DNA of 64,000 nt, taken from assembly GCA_025786725.1 (NCBI GenBank), contig JAHLTZ010000017.1, forward strand, positions 1 to 64,000. Direction: 5' to 3'. Of this stretch, positions 1 to 13,849 are shown piece by piece. How positions within the stretch are numbered: the stretch's first letter is position 1; each line of letters opens with the position of its first letter. The position numbers were made by a program, and so were the translations under genes. Below the pieces are notes generated by a model. It worked only from the letters and a program-made list of their open reading frames with translations. It was not told the origin of the DNA and did not search any database. The DNA comes from Syncephalis fuscata S228 (Eukaryota; Fungi; Zoopagomycota).

Positions 1-650
1 GACTGGGCAAATCACCACTCGAATCACATTGGACACTTCGAGCAAGTGCAGCCCAGTTATGTGCACGTATCTGTGCACGCTATGGCAATCAATATCACAC
101 ATTACAGCCACGAGTAGCTCGCACATTATTGAGAGCCTTCCTTGATCCGGCCAAGCCATTTACTACACATTATGGCGCCATCAAAGGATTGGCCGCATTG
201 GGACATCAAGTAACACGCCATCTATTATTGCCAAATGCGCTACAATACGGCTTATTATTAGAACCGGCTTTAGTAGACGAACGAAATGAACGTCGACAAG
301 AAGCGGGCATGTGCCGTACTGCTATGCTTGTAAGGATCTATTTAATATCAATAGTATCAATTCTAATCCTAATATATGTTGACTAGGAGGCGTTACTTGA
401 CATGGCCAAACAAGAGGCGGATCTATCATTACACAGCACGAGCAGCATCAACGAAGATGAAATGCAAATCGATAGCGACAATAATGGCACAACAATGAAT
501 AGCAACGATGATATCAGCGATACAGAGATTGACGAAAAGACCAAAGCTCTAAGTGAAAGTATTGGTGATCTATTTGCTAATGGAGTGATAGAGCGTGTAC
601 CGGCACGTCAAACCGGAGCACTTGCCCAATGGCAAGCATTGTTGAATTAA
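1..650 (+). CDS. TAF6: TFIID subunit TAF6, C-terminal part (gene runs off the left edge; intron ~330-387)
   Basis: HWTLRASAAQLCARIC..YHTLQPRVARTLLRAFLDPAKPFTTHYGAIKGLAALG matches the TAF6 HEAT region; GTAAGG..TAG intron joins the two ORFs. Confidence 0.9.
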
Positions 651-817
651 ATGCCATCGTTTATTATTAAAAGCGTATTCAGATTAGTTAACATAGTAGA
701 AATAGTGATAATAATGGCAGTCATAACCATAACAAAACCAATTATTATGGTTACTATGCGTATCATGATAGTTATAATAGTGGTTGATAATAATAATAAT
801 ACAATAATAAGGAAAAG

Positions 818-3800
818 TTAAAAAGTATCACCAAAGTGTTCTTTGATGACCTGATTAATAGTTTCTACCCAAAAACGTGCCTGCTTTCCAGTATCTTCAA
901 AATAGTGTGTTTTACTTGGCTATTAAAACGATAAAAGAGTCGTTATATTTACTGATTATTTATAATTACCAAGTACTTACTGTGTGAATAAAAAAGTGTT
1001 TTGGATCCTTAAATTCAGGTAGCATACGAGCTGTAAAGTAAATAGTGCCTTTAACACAACCGCGATGATCATCTGCGTATATTAAACGTGGATGATCGGT
1101 AAGTACTAGTAGACGACGTTTACTAAATAAACCACGTCGTTTATAAACAACCCCAGCATGTAATACTCGTTCGCCCATATTAAGTAAAGGTGGACTATAT
1201 ATATAATGTTAGTACACAGATAATATTACTATTATTGGTATTCTAGCACTTACATTAGTTCACTTTCTGTAATATTAACCGATCGTGTTGTTGATCGTGA
1301 TGATGGTGATTTATCAAGTTTTGTCGATGTAGTCATAATACTATTGTTGTCATTAATTGATGCCATGCTTGTACCACTCGGTTGAAGTGATAAAAGTGAA
1401 GTACTACTACGAGATCCCCATATCTTCTCAGTAATTGACTTTGTCGTAGCAGATGCACTTTTTGCGTGCTGTGACGCTCTTCGTGTAATGGGTGGTGGGC
1501 GGATGGGTATTGGATTCGAAGCAGGAGATGTAGCTCGACTGTGTTGTTGTTGTTGCTGGATAGTATTGTTATTTGAACAATGATGTCCTGTAGCAGCACG
1601 TGAACCGGTCTAGATAGTGGTCTAGATAGTGGTCTAGACAATGGACGGGAAGGTGGACGAGAGGGTGGACGAGAGGGTGGCTGTGATTCTAATAGTGATG
1701 AAATGATGTAGCATGTGATCGTGGTGACCATGGCTCCATTTCAGGCGGTATAAAAGGCGTCATTTCCGATGAAGCTGACATATCAGTAAAATCCATATCT
1801 GAATGAGGTTGATAGGCGTGACGGCATATGGATGCTGAAGCCTTGCCTGCTCATCAATTGCGCTAATAATCGATGAACCCATAGAAGAAGTGGCACTGGC
1901 TAATGTGGCAGCAGATCGAATGCCACCATCATTCATTACACGTAGTCGTGGTGGTGGCATAAGAACTGAACCATCATACTCATCATCACCATCATCATCC
2001 TCATTAGTATTAACATGGCCATTATCGTTATAATTAAGTGAACTGGCGTCCCAAGGGATGCCATCACTTTCATGACTTTCATAAGAAACACGGACATTAT
2101 TATCACTTATTAGTAGATCTGGATCAATTTGTGGTGTTTCTGGACATTGTCTATCCGGTTGGAATAACATGGCCTCACTATTGCTTCTTAGTGGCATTTG
2201 GTTATGGTGATCGACCGGTGGTAAATACGGTAATAGTCGTGGCGGTGTCTGGAGTACCAACTGATCCCAGTCAATAGAGGCAAAGAAGGGATGTGTCTGT
2301 AAAGTATCCATGCCTTGATTGCCGGATCCTAATCGGTGATCTGGATTTAATACCTATATTAATTAAGTGATTAGTATTATTTATTAATAACCATTGGATT
2401 ATTACCAGTAGTTTTTCCACTAAGTCACGGGCCTCAGGAGGAAAGCCTGGTGGAAATTTATATTCCAGTTGAATAATCTTTTGAAAGGTAAGATATTCAT
2501 TGGCTGCCTTGAAAGGTGGTCGACCCGCTAATAATTGGTAGACAATGCAGCCAAATGCCCACCAGTCACAGCTTCTGGTAGCTGATTTATTAGTTAATAA
2601 CTCAGGAGAGACGTACTCGGCCGTGCCAACGAATGAATTGGATCGGTCATTATTGGCATCTTTATCAGCTGGCTCAAACAATTTGGCAGTACCAAAATCG
2701 GTTAATTTAATATGCATTCGTTCATCAAGTAAAATACTATTGGGTGTAAATAATAAATAATACAAATAATACGTATTATTACTTACTTTTCTGGTTTTAA
2801 ATCACTAATATACATTATTGTTATTGTTATCATTATTATTAAATAAACTTGTTTAATATTTATAACCACCTACCGATGTACAACACCTTGTGTGTGTAAA
2901 TAATTTACAGCTTGAGCAATTTCTGCTGCATAGAAACGAGAGCATGCCTCATCAAAACTACCCAACTAATAATATATCTATTAGCTGATAATAACCTATT
3001 ATTATTGTGTATTTACCTTACGCAACCATGTTAGTAATTCACCATTGGGAGCCAATTCTAATGCAAAATCTATTAGTAAAGTTAAGGTAAAATACAGCTA
3101 TCCATTAGTGTTACTAAGAATAAAAAGGATACATAAACTTTGCGCATCTTGAAATGTATAGAACAATTTGATAATCAATGGATGGTGCAACTTATTCAAT
3201 GTTAACTTTTCAATATTAACATATTTCGTTTTCTTTTCTTTAACAATATGGCGTTTATCAAGTACTTTAATGGCGAATTTCTTTTTGGTTAATTTCTCAG
3301 TAGCCAGTATTACCTAATATGTATTTGTAAGTCACCGGCTATTTGTTGACATTAGAGGCAATTCGTACTACTTACCGTAGAATAAGAACCTTCGCCCAAA
3401 TGGCGACCCATAATAAAATCTTCTGCATACCGTTTACGTGCTGGATCCAAGTCGGCCGTTGGTTGTGATGGTGCTGTTGCTGCCGCGGCTGCTTTGGCAA
3501 TTTCCATGAATGGTGGTGGCGTTATTGGTGGCGGGGCACATGGTCGTGGTGGCAGCCGTCGACGTGATTGATGCTCAGTAAACGACTCATCGTTATCGCC
3601 ATCGCCGTTCTGACCTGCCATGCTGCCGTGCTCCATACGCCAACGATCCTCACCGACATCGCGCGCCAGTAAATCAGCCTTTCGATGCGGATCTAATGAC
3701 ATTGATGAATTTGCCGAATGTGTAAATGACGGATAACCAGAGTCTGAGGCCCGAGGTCCTGAATTCACTTTTCGTTCCACGTCTTGCTCAATTGGTTCGG

Positions 3801-3976
3801 TAATGGTGGTGTAGGAGAACGACCGAGTTCGTCGTCTTCGCTGTCGTCCTCATAGCCGCTTAGTAGAAATGCAGTTGGCGGTGTGCTTGAAGAAGAGTGT
3901 GGACGGATTCCACATCATCCTGATGCGCAGTGGTTCGAGCAAGATATGGCTCGTCATTAGTGTTTTGACGACTCAT
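818..3976 (-). CDS. PDK1: PDK1/Pkh-type AGC kinase with C-terminal PH domain, multi-exon; apparent 1-nt frameshifts in the N-terminal and linker parts
   Basis: LGEGSYSTV, HRDLKPEN, KLTDFGTAK, RSNSFVGTAEYVSPELL, and PH domain KRRGLFSKRRLLVLTDHPRL; start codon inferred. Confidence 0.9.
1608..1681 (-). repeat. 12-nt coding tandem repeat (PPSR/PLSR x ~6) in the PDK1 linker
   Basis: QPPSRPPSRPPSRPLSRPLSRPLSRP in the ORF track. Confidence 0.75.
3070..3132 (-). other. U12-type (minor spliceosome) GT-AG intron in PDK1
   Basis: 5' splice site GTATCCTTTT; branch TACCTTAAC ~12 nt before AG; removal restores SLY|FALE of the kinase N-lobe. Confidence 0.85.
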
Positions 3977-4394
3977 CGCGGTAGAACAGGAGCAAGACAA
4001 GGTGCTGTTTAGTTTATATTGCCAGTGTTACTACCAGAGTATTTAAACCATCTAATGATAAGATGCACGCACCAGTACAGTGAAGAAGCAGTTGAAAGGG
4101 ATGAAGATTGCGGAACACGACCAAGGCCTCCCACGTACACAAGAAAAACGGTCAGGTAAACTTGACACGTGGTGCTATACTAGTGATAAATACTCAAACA
4201 CGAATAATAATAAAGCTGATACGAGTGTACAAGGAATAAAACAACAATAATGATAACAACAATATTGTAAAATAATGTCCATTATAGTAATGATACTGTT
4301 GATCGTATCTATAATGGACTAATTTGTACAAACATCCTTGTACGTCAAAGTAGTGCTGCATTTGATAAATAAACTTTCACATTTAATTAATCGG

Positions 4395-5249
4395 TTTATA
4401 CATTTACTATTTACTAACTAATAGTATGTTCTATGTATACTGAACTTTGGTATAGTAGTATTTATTTTTTATTAGCTTAATTACTAATGGTGTTGACATC
4501 ATATTGTTATAAATCCCTCATTGACTGAGCTGCTTACAATCTACGTCAACGCGTCCTCTTTCGCATTACACTTGACAGCATCTATCGATTGTATACACGT
4601 TTATATTCTGCATCGACTACTTGGCTAGTGTTAATAGCTGGTTGACTACTAGCTTAAATGCAAACACTCGTTACATTACTTTGTTGCATTGCCTTCTTTG
4701 AGCCTATTTTGTTTGCAGCTCGTCTTTACTCTGTACACTGGCCTTGACATTTTATTAGCATAGTAAGTGTTTATTGGCTTAGTGTTGTTATGTTTGAGTA
4801 TATTCGCCTTTAGTCCCTCATTGTTGGCATTACTTCTTTACTTGCCTGTTATACTGCTTAAAGCATCGCATTGATCCGTGCTTTCTAACGCAACAATCGG
4901 CGTTATATCTAATGCATTTGGCTCTGTATACCGTAATGGCTTAACAAATACAGCCATTTGATTTTTGTTTAGCATGGCTAGAACTATAGTTTATACGCGT
5001 ATTGCTTAGTATTGGCCACTAGTTATCACTACATTTTATTGGATTATGTACTTTGCATACAACGCTGATACTGTACAAATAAATGTGTGTACTCTTTGTT
5101 TAATTGCCCAAAAATGGCACTGGCAATTGACACTGAGTTATCGCTTTAGATGGCTATTACCGCCAAATAATAGGCTTTTACGGCTTTTAATGTGAATATC
5201 TAAAAGAAGGATATTAACAATGTTGTTTATATTTATATTGATATGTTTT
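4395..5249 (-). repeat. Dispersed repeat A, copy 1 (~855 bp)
   Basis: Reverse complement nearly identical to 16593-17448 (only a few differences seen). Confidence 0.92.
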
Positions 5250-5298
5250 AAGTCCAGACTTTTCGAAAATAAAGATATGGGACCTTGGCTATTTCTTG

Positions 5299-5570
5299 TT
5301 TACAGATATAAGCATATTGCAGTTAGTTACATTTAATACTGCTACATTGACATTACTCATTTTAACAATAATATCAGTAATTTATTGTGTTATTTTCATT
5401 ACGTTAATATTAAACAATTCATTAATAGTTTAATATGATTTGACGTTAAATGACTATATTTAATAACATTTAATTTATTGAACATAATAATGGATGGTGA
5501 ATGACATCAAAGTCTAAACTACTCATCGTAGATTTATGATCCAATATGCATATAATATATTCACTTATAT
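5299..5570 (+). repeat. Dispersed repeat B, copy 1
   Basis: Near-identical to 25093-25363 (ttacagatataagcatattgcagttagttac...attcacttatat). Confidence 0.9.
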
Positions 5571-6021
5571 TGTTAATAGTGCATGTCTATACTAATATAC
5601 AGCATTCTATGCTATACGAATACACCATATTGTTATAGGTTTCAATTACATATAGCTTGCTAAATGAATGAGGTGAATGCGTTGAGCTTTATTAATAATA
5701 GTGCTAGAACAAAAACAAAAGCAGTTTTGGACAGAGAAAGGCTATGTGAGCATGAAATGACACAGAATAGAATATATACAATGGAAAGTGTATGATAAGT
5801 GGTGTTGAAGTTATCGTGCATATAACATAATGAACGAATGAGTGGAGTATATTGCAACATATAATAAACAGAGTGTGTCTAATATAACATAGAATGATGT
5901 ATAGTAGCGTGGAATAGAATGTAAATATTATAAGTCAATAGACAACATATGCATACTGGATAATAACCTACGATGATATTCTAGACTTTAATGTCACTCA
6001 CCATCCATCATTATGTTCAAT
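5477..6021. mobile_element. MITE-like element with ~75-80 bp imperfect terminal inverted repeats
   Basis: attgaacataataatggatggtgaatgacatcaaagtcta.. (5477) is the reverse complement of ..tagactttaatgtcactcaccatccatcattatgttcaat (6021); no transposase ORF. Confidence 0.5.
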
Positions 6022-7558
6022 AGGAAGAATGTTAGCCATTAACCACCAAATCACAATATATTTAAATGGTTTAATCATCAATAAACCTCATCACCGCACC
6101 CATGTTCAATCGATTAAATGTCTAGATCAATAAAATAAAAGCTATTCAATATAGTGATTTGACTTTTAATCAAATTAAATAGCTGGTAAATTGTTTATTG
6201 TTTGCAACAGAATGGTATCTTTATTAATTAATAAAGAAGATGATAGATACTATATGATGTGCGTAATAATGCGACTTATTACAAATCATTGGCATCATTC
6301 CCGTCTAGTAAACTTACATGATAGCGCCAGTAATTAACAAATCAATAATTTGTGGTATATGCATCAATAGGACGAGAGCAGCGTATGAACTGCGTTAATG
6401 TCGGAGAAAAAATGCTAATAAAAAAGAAAAAGGAAAGCCAAATAAACTAATAAATATTGGTTGGAGCAAAAAGGTTAATATGCTTTTAAGAAACACAAAT
6501 AGACATGTTAACCAAATAAAACAGACAGAAAAGAGCGAGAGTAAGAATGTGAGGAAGAGAGAAGGCGGACGCATGATGATTACACTAATTCGGTTCTATG
6601 AACAGCAATTCTATTTGATCCAATTGATACTTTATTATATGCTGTAATATTAACTATAATTAAAGAATATAAATAATATTTAATCATAACAACTGTTATT
6701 AGTTACTAAATTTATTAAAATACGATGTAATGATAATGATAACTGGCATGCTGCTACTATTTACTGCAAGTAAAATAGTAAACAGATGATTAGCATTAAA
6801 TCAGTCATTAAAAGCCTGTAAGATAAATCATTAGTACAAATTATAGTTAACTAATAGCGTTAGTAATAATTATAAACACTTGGTAAAGAGTGAAAATACT
6901 ATGTGAAATAAATGAGTGCAAGTTAGACAATAAAAGTGCCAGATTATCTTTATAATCAGAAATTGTGATAACGATAGCTATATATTTACAATAATAGAGT
7001 TGTATTTATTTGGATAATAATAATTAATGCTAACTTGTAGTTAAATAACGCCATGATAATGAATAATGGTAAAAGAAGAATGAATCTATTGCCAACTTTT
7101 TTAAATGAATAGTATAGGCTATTCTAGTTTCAAGTATTATAATGCCCACGTAATTGTTTTACCTAGATATTTACACTATTGACTATTTAAAAAGGGTCCA
7201 AGTTATTGCAATAGTACTAATAATTGTATTGATTACTAGAAGGTGAGTTGGGCCGGGTATTATACCGTATGCTTGGTCATGGTTGAAACGATATCGTGTA
7301 AAAACACGTGATTATATGCTGCGCAGGTAATTACAATGACCATAGTTGGTAATATAATAGAAAATTACATCATGGCGGCCCTTAGTGTCAGATAGCAACA
7401 GTATTTATAGAAAAAACTGTCAGTTCTTTCCTTTCCCACTTGAGTTTTCACCATTATTACTACTATTTGTTTACAAACATCTGCACGCACACACGCGTTC
7501 ATTGTCATCACGACACTAAAATACTTTTATCGCACTAATTAGTCGGTGGTAGTCGTTT

Positions 7559-7625
7559 TAGTAACAATAGTAGCAGTAGTAGTAGTAGTAGTAGTAACAG
7601 TAGTAGTAACAGTAGTAATAGTAGA
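7559..7625 (+). repeat. (GTA)n microsatellite just upstream of the transporter ATG
   Basis: gtagtagtagtagtagtaacagtagtagtaac. Confidence 0.85.
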
Positions 7626-7628
7626 GGT

Positions 7629-8837
7629 ATGTCAGCTCACAACTCTTCTGACGAACCAACAGTCATATTTGTCGAGGGCTCTGAGGATATTGGTCTTAAC
7701 GATAAGACACGTAAACAGGTTCGGTTTGCAAGTAGTGTACCAGACGCTGAAGAAGTAGTTGAAGAGCACGAACTATTGGTTAAAGGACAGTTGGATAAAC
7801 TATCAGGAAGCATGGCGGGCGATAACAATAGTAGTTCGAAGCAAATGGCTGAGCAATATTGGACAACGGCTTCGATTGTTTTGAACATCAGCTCATCGGT
7901 GGGCATTGTTTTGGTGAATAAGCTGGTATTCGAATCGTACAAGTTTAAATTTGGTACATTTGTCACGGTCATCCACTTCTGTTGCACATGGATCGGTTTA
8001 ATCATTTGTGCACGACTAGGCGCATTTGAGCCGAGACCTGTGCCATGGCGCGGATGATAGGACTTTGTGCTAGTTTTTGTGGCTTTGTCGTACTAACGAA
8101 TCTGAGTCTACAGCACAACTCAGTCGGTTTCTATCAAATGGCCAAAGTACTTACAACACCAACGGTAGCAGTGATTGTAAGTGATCACTATGGAATATTT
8201 AAATAACCAGTCCAATCTATACTAACCTAATAATGATTAGCAACTGATATTTTATCAAAAAACGCTTACTCGGCCTATCACAATTTCATTAGCAGTGATT
8301 TGTATTGGTGTGTGTATTGCCAGTGTAACTGATGTTCAAATGAACTTGGTCGGTACCTTTTTTGCTATAGCAGGTGTTGTTGTCACCTCTTTCTACCAAG
8401 TATGGATTGGTTCAGAGCAAAAAGCGCTAGGACTTTCGCCGCCTCAGCTACTCTACCGTCAAGCGCCCATGTCGGTTGTTATGCTATTGCCATGCGTCTT
8501 TATTCTTGATGATGTGCACGCGCTATTGAACTATGAAATGACGTTGGGTGCGCTATTTACCATTTTACTAAGCGGTGTACTTGCCTTCCTAGTCAATTGG
8601 TCGATATTTGCTATTATTGGCCGTACTAGTGCTATAACCTACAACGTAGTTGGCCACGCAAAACTATGTCTCATTCTTGTAGGCGGTTTTCTTCTATTCA
8701 AGTATGAGCTAGATTGGCGTAACCTTAGCGGTATATCTGTTGCTTTATTTGGTATCTACCTTTACAGCAAGGCAAAAATGGCTGAATCAGCATCCGCATC
8801 CGCAATAATCAGTGGGTCGAACAAAGAACGACCATAG
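7629..8837 (+). CDS. Triose-phosphate/nucleotide-sugar transporter (SLC35E3/UXT-like); intron ~8177-8240; apparent frameshift ~8056
   Basis: NISSSVGIVLVNK, NLSLQHNSVGFYQMAKVLTTP, IGRTSAITYNVVGHAKLC. Confidence 0.88.
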
Positions 8838-10026
8838 AAATACAACAGTATATTTCAATAAACATTAAATCAAACAAGCTTTTGATTTTAATAATGTAGC
8901 CAAAATGTATGCTTGCATAGGTTATAGTCGTTATCTGTACCAATTCAAATTGTTGAATGAACCGCATGTATACTAAATAAGCAGCTAGTATATAAATTAA
9001 TATGTTTATTAACCAGCTAACAAATAGTATCCTGAATCCAAATGTCAGTTGTTACTTGTTTAATTTCAAAATAATGGTATCAATTGTATGAATAATTAAC
9101 TCCTTTATACTTAAACGAATGATCCCCGTTATTATTTACTAAGAAAGTAAAATAATACAATTTTATAGATAATGTAATGCATTAGGTTTGCAGTCATATA
9201 CAGGATATATTATTAATACATAGTAAATTTACATTTTTATAAACATTTAAGTAGGATATAATGCTATTGCTATAATGATACTCTCTGAATGACTAGTATA
9301 TGAAGCAACATATTGTATTAATTAAATAAACAACTTTTACTGTTCAATTGGTACTTGTTTATTGTTGAAATACTTTGCATTTTAGTACACTGATATAGCC
9401 AGATACAGCAATTTTGATGATTCCAATGGAACTACCAATGCTAGCATGTAAAGTTAACCTGTCGTTTTTTAAAAATAAATACCTTACCATTATCTATTGT
9501 CACAATGCAGACAAACGCAAGTTACAACAATAAATAGCTCAAAGGCCTTGGTATTGACTAAGCTTTAGCAGTAAACGCGCGATTCCAACCCGTGTAACTT
9601 TGCCAACAGCACAGCGTGAATAACACAGTGTATATCAAGGTGATAAAAAATGCAGCATTTGTCAGTGCCTCCAAACAGCTGCCTATACTGATTGGCAAGA
9701 TTGTTACACTATCGCCTAAAAAGTAGCCTTGGGCCCTTTAATTAGAACTGCTTGAAGATCTTCAGAAGCAAGATGCCGAATTAGCTGTATTGCCTTCTTT
9801 GACCACGTAGTACAGTATGGCGCTACCAGTGATATAGCGGACATTTACTAGCATCTAAGCTATTGACTTTTCTCTGCTGCACCTTCTATCGATAGCTATT
9901 ATTTTCTACCGCTCTGCGAGCCGGATATTGTTACTACTCGTCAATTCTCTACTGTACCTAGTTGTTTTTAATCATCTGCTTGCCTGTCTATCCGGCTTCA
10001 TATTTATTTATATTTATATTTACGAC

Positions 10027-11033
10027 ATGCTGCATAACGATCCAATAGCACAGCTGAACGCCTTTGAGTACCTGTCGGACAGTGGCGGGGACATTCATAG
10101 TATTCAGCAGCGTTCCAAGGGTGTCCACACCCAGCTAGCCATCATCGTCATGCTACTTGTTGTTTTCTTGCGTAACACGTTTTGTACGATCAAGCTACTG
10201 GTCAAAGACGCGACAAAAACATCCCATTGGTTTTGTTTCATCACGGCAGTCGTGGGTGTTTTCTTCTTGGGATGTATAGCGTTACCGCACCATTTGCCAG
10301 GTGGGCCATCCTGCAACATTGTTATTTGGAGTGCCATATCCGGCATGAGCATTTCTACCATGTCTATTAATTCGGTATTGCTGGAACGTGCATATCTTGC
10401 AAATCAACGCAATAAATGGCTACTTGCAGCCGGCGTTCTTCTTATTCTACCGGCCCCGATGCTACTCCTTGTAATGTGGCTCCATGTGACGCCAACGTAC
10501 AGTCCCGCCTCTGGCTGTTACATTACATTTCCACCAATATTTCCCTATTTCCGGCTTCTTATTGATGCACCTCCTAATCTTGTGTTTTCGGCCGCGTTCA
10601 GCCTTGTAATTTACAGGCAGTACAAAAAATTTGGCGACCGATGTTGGAAACAACTTGCAAAAGAAGGTATATCGACCATGCTGCTCGTCATTCTTTCAAA
10701 CGTGATCTGTATGATCTGCAACATTTTTAGCGTATTCGGTGAATCTACTGACATACTTTTTATTGTTGATTGGTAAGTGGTGTGGGCTGTGCAGAAATTG
10801 TCAGCTGCATGAACTAACTTTCACTGGTTAGGTGGGTTACCTCGACATTGTTGGTGGAGAGCACGCGGCGAATGGAGTCATCTCGTCAACGGGCAACGGG
10901 CAGTGGTGGTAGCAGTAGCAGCACGGCATTAAGAAGCACCGATGTCCGTCAGTCAATTGAGCAAACGACGCAGAAAAGTTCGCAATTTTGGCAAGTCCAA
11001 CGCAATACAGTTCTCACTGCATTTCGTCGCTAA
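10027..11033 (+). CDS. 7-TM GPCR-like protein 1 (intron 10773-10831)
   Basis: Seven hydrophobic segments, Cys at the top of TM3, LLERAY at the TM3 end, ECL2 Cys (SGCY); start chosen by alignment with the paralog. Confidence 0.7.
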
Positions 11034-11323
11034 AACACTTACACACTAGCTGACAAACGCACAAATAATACCGTAGTCTTTACTTTTTTGTCCAATAATA
11101 CGCTATAAACCAGATTGTTGCGTTTGTTCGCATAATAACCTTTGACAACGTCGCTTGTATATCGCACAGTTAGCGCATGCTTGATCGAGTCGACTAAGAA
11201 ATATTCTATTCTTTAGTACATCTGCTTGAAAATGTTACACTTTTGGCGCCAATCAGTGTTGCCACGCTATGACCGGTTTTTTCGCCCATGTGTACTTTCT
11301 CTATAGGCCATCAGGCCATCAGG

Positions 11324-11358
11324 GCAGCGGCAGCAGCAGCAACAGCAGCAGCAGCATC
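11324..11358 (+). repeat. (CAG)n microsatellite
   Basis: gcagcggcagcagcagcaacagcagcagcagca. Confidence 0.8.
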
Positions 11359-11916
11359 ATCATCAATGGCGTGCACAACTCATGTTATTTTTGTGATAAA
11401 AATAAATTCCATTTGCCTTTACTTGCCTACCATGTCTATGTCCACACATTCACATGACCAAACTTACATACATGCGGTACACAATTCTCTTTGCACATGG
11501 ATAAACTAAAAAGATTTAACAAATTGACACAAGTATCTGGCTCAGTCATTACAACCCGAACTTCCTGCTGTTTTTTGCCTATTGGTTCATCGATTTAAAA
11601 AGGGAACGTCCCAATCACATGTGTCTCATCGCTCTGATAGTATTTTTCTTATAATTGTATGAACAGCCATACAGAACTACTCTCCTTTTTTTGCTATTAT
11701 TCAATCATTTCCGTCGCTCTTTGTTTATTATATCAGTGTTTTTATTCTATATAGCTGGTGCTGGCCTTACCGCTTACATCATCTTTGTGCCATTGATAGT
11801 ATCTGTACAATTGACATTCTGTTTTATCTTTTCTTCGTCTTTAAACTTTAATTCTTCCGCTTGATAATATACAACCAACTCCGCATTAATTTCGCCCTAT
11901 TCTTGAATTTATACAA

Positions 11917-12892
11917 ATGTCTAGATATGATCCATTGAGTGAGCTGAACGCCATAGGATATTTGAAGGACGCAGAGAATGATACGGCCGAGCTGAGAAGG
12001 CGTTCCTTTGGTGTTTACTCCCAATTGCTATCTATTATGGCATTGCTTTTTATCTTTCTTTACAATAGCTACCGTTCTATTAAGATGGTGTGCAAACGCT
12101 CCTATAGGGCCTCGCCCTGGTGTTGTCTCGTATCATCACTGGCCGGCGTTTCTTATGTCGGCGGTATTGCTATGGTCCATCATCTACCCTTTGGACCTTC
12201 GTGCCATATTGTTATTTGGGCCGCCATTATTGGCATGACCATTTCAACTATGGCCATTAATACATTGTTGCTGGAACGTGCCTATCTTGCACACCAACGC
12301 AATCGATATCTATTAATATTTGGTATTTTATTAGTTGTACCAGCTCCCGTTCTTATCTATCGTGCATGGTATGATGTACTTGCTACATTTAGTCCAGGTA
12401 CAGGCTGCCATGGCACTTATCCACCCTCATTCCCGGCATTTCGGCTGCTTATTGACTTGCCTCCAAATGCCGTATTTTCCGTGGCCTTTCTTGCCGTTAT
12501 CTATCAGCAATATCGTCGATTTGGCGACCGATGTTGGAAACGTCTGACACATGACGGCATTACCACTATGCTTTTAGTAATTCTGTCAAATCTAACATGT
12601 GTAATTTTCAATTTAAGCGACATCCTTGGCGATACGAAAGATGTACTTTTTATTGTTGATTGGTAAGTTAGTAGAGCTAAGATATCAATGATTTGTTTAT
12701 TAATTAATTGCCATTAGGGCCATTACATCTTCACTTGTCGTAGAAAACACCTACAGAATGTCAACTTCGCTTACGGATACAGAGCCGACAGTTTGTCAAC
12801 AGCCTATACCTCGCCGACAACATCGAAAATTGCCATCACGCGACTTCCAAACCCAAGCTATCGCTGATTCGCAATATACACTGAAATATTAA
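11917..12892 (+). CDS. 7-TM GPCR-like protein 2, tandem paralog (intron 12663-12717)
   Basis: Same motifs (GPSC, LLERAYLA, FRLLID.PPN.VFS, FGDRCWK, LFIVDW) and the same intron position as paralog 1. Confidence 0.7.
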
Positions 12893-13849
12893 TTAGCTAA
12901 TTTTAAAACGTTTATTTCTACGCAAAATGCCACGGTATAGCTTATTTTATATAACTTATTTCAAAGACAACATATGCCATATGAAATGCAACTGATTGGC
13001 TTAGGCGCCAACTCGGCCCCCGATTTATCGAGCGGTGATTGAATTGTTAGCGTAGGAATAAAAAAGTCTGGTACTTATTTGTGCAATGCAAAGTCTAAAA
13101 ACAGAAATACCAACTGGCTTCTTTTCAGAATGTAGTTCATGTCATATGTATATAATTATGTATAATTAGCAACGTATTGTTTAATCATGTAGCTAATGAA
13201 ATGCAATTTAAAGCATGGCCAGGAAATATCAATTACACTCCTTTTTAAGGCAAAACAATGTTTCTATTTATGGTAATTTACTATAAATAAAGGCAGCCAT
13301 TTTATATTTACTAAAACATATAGATTATATCATAACAATTGAAGTTTGAAGAGACGACTTTGATATACAAACATTGTACTATTAAATCAAATTTTATACT
13401 GTTAAAATTACGCAGTATCCATTTTATTGCTAATAACTTGTAGTCAAAGCAATACTATAGCCAAATCAGTTACATTTAACTAAAAAATAGCAATTATGTT
13501 ATTTAATTTGCTTTTAAGCACTAAATACAATTATTTATAGCTTAAACATCATATTAACTAGTTCTTTAATAGCTGAATATTTTTTGCTACATGTTTGTAC
13601 AAATTGGCCTTACTTTACTTTCATATTAATCTTATTACGCATGTATTCTATTCATTTTAGAATAGTATAATCTAACAAATCACCTATATCTTTCATCATA
13701 TATATATATAGGCAAATAAATAAACACATGTCATGACTTTGATACAACAATAATAACAATAAACTGGCAAGTATGAAATAATTTCGCGAGTACAGCCTAC
13801 TGGTAAACTCTCGCTATTCATTCGACTGCATCAAAAAGAAACGCAACAT

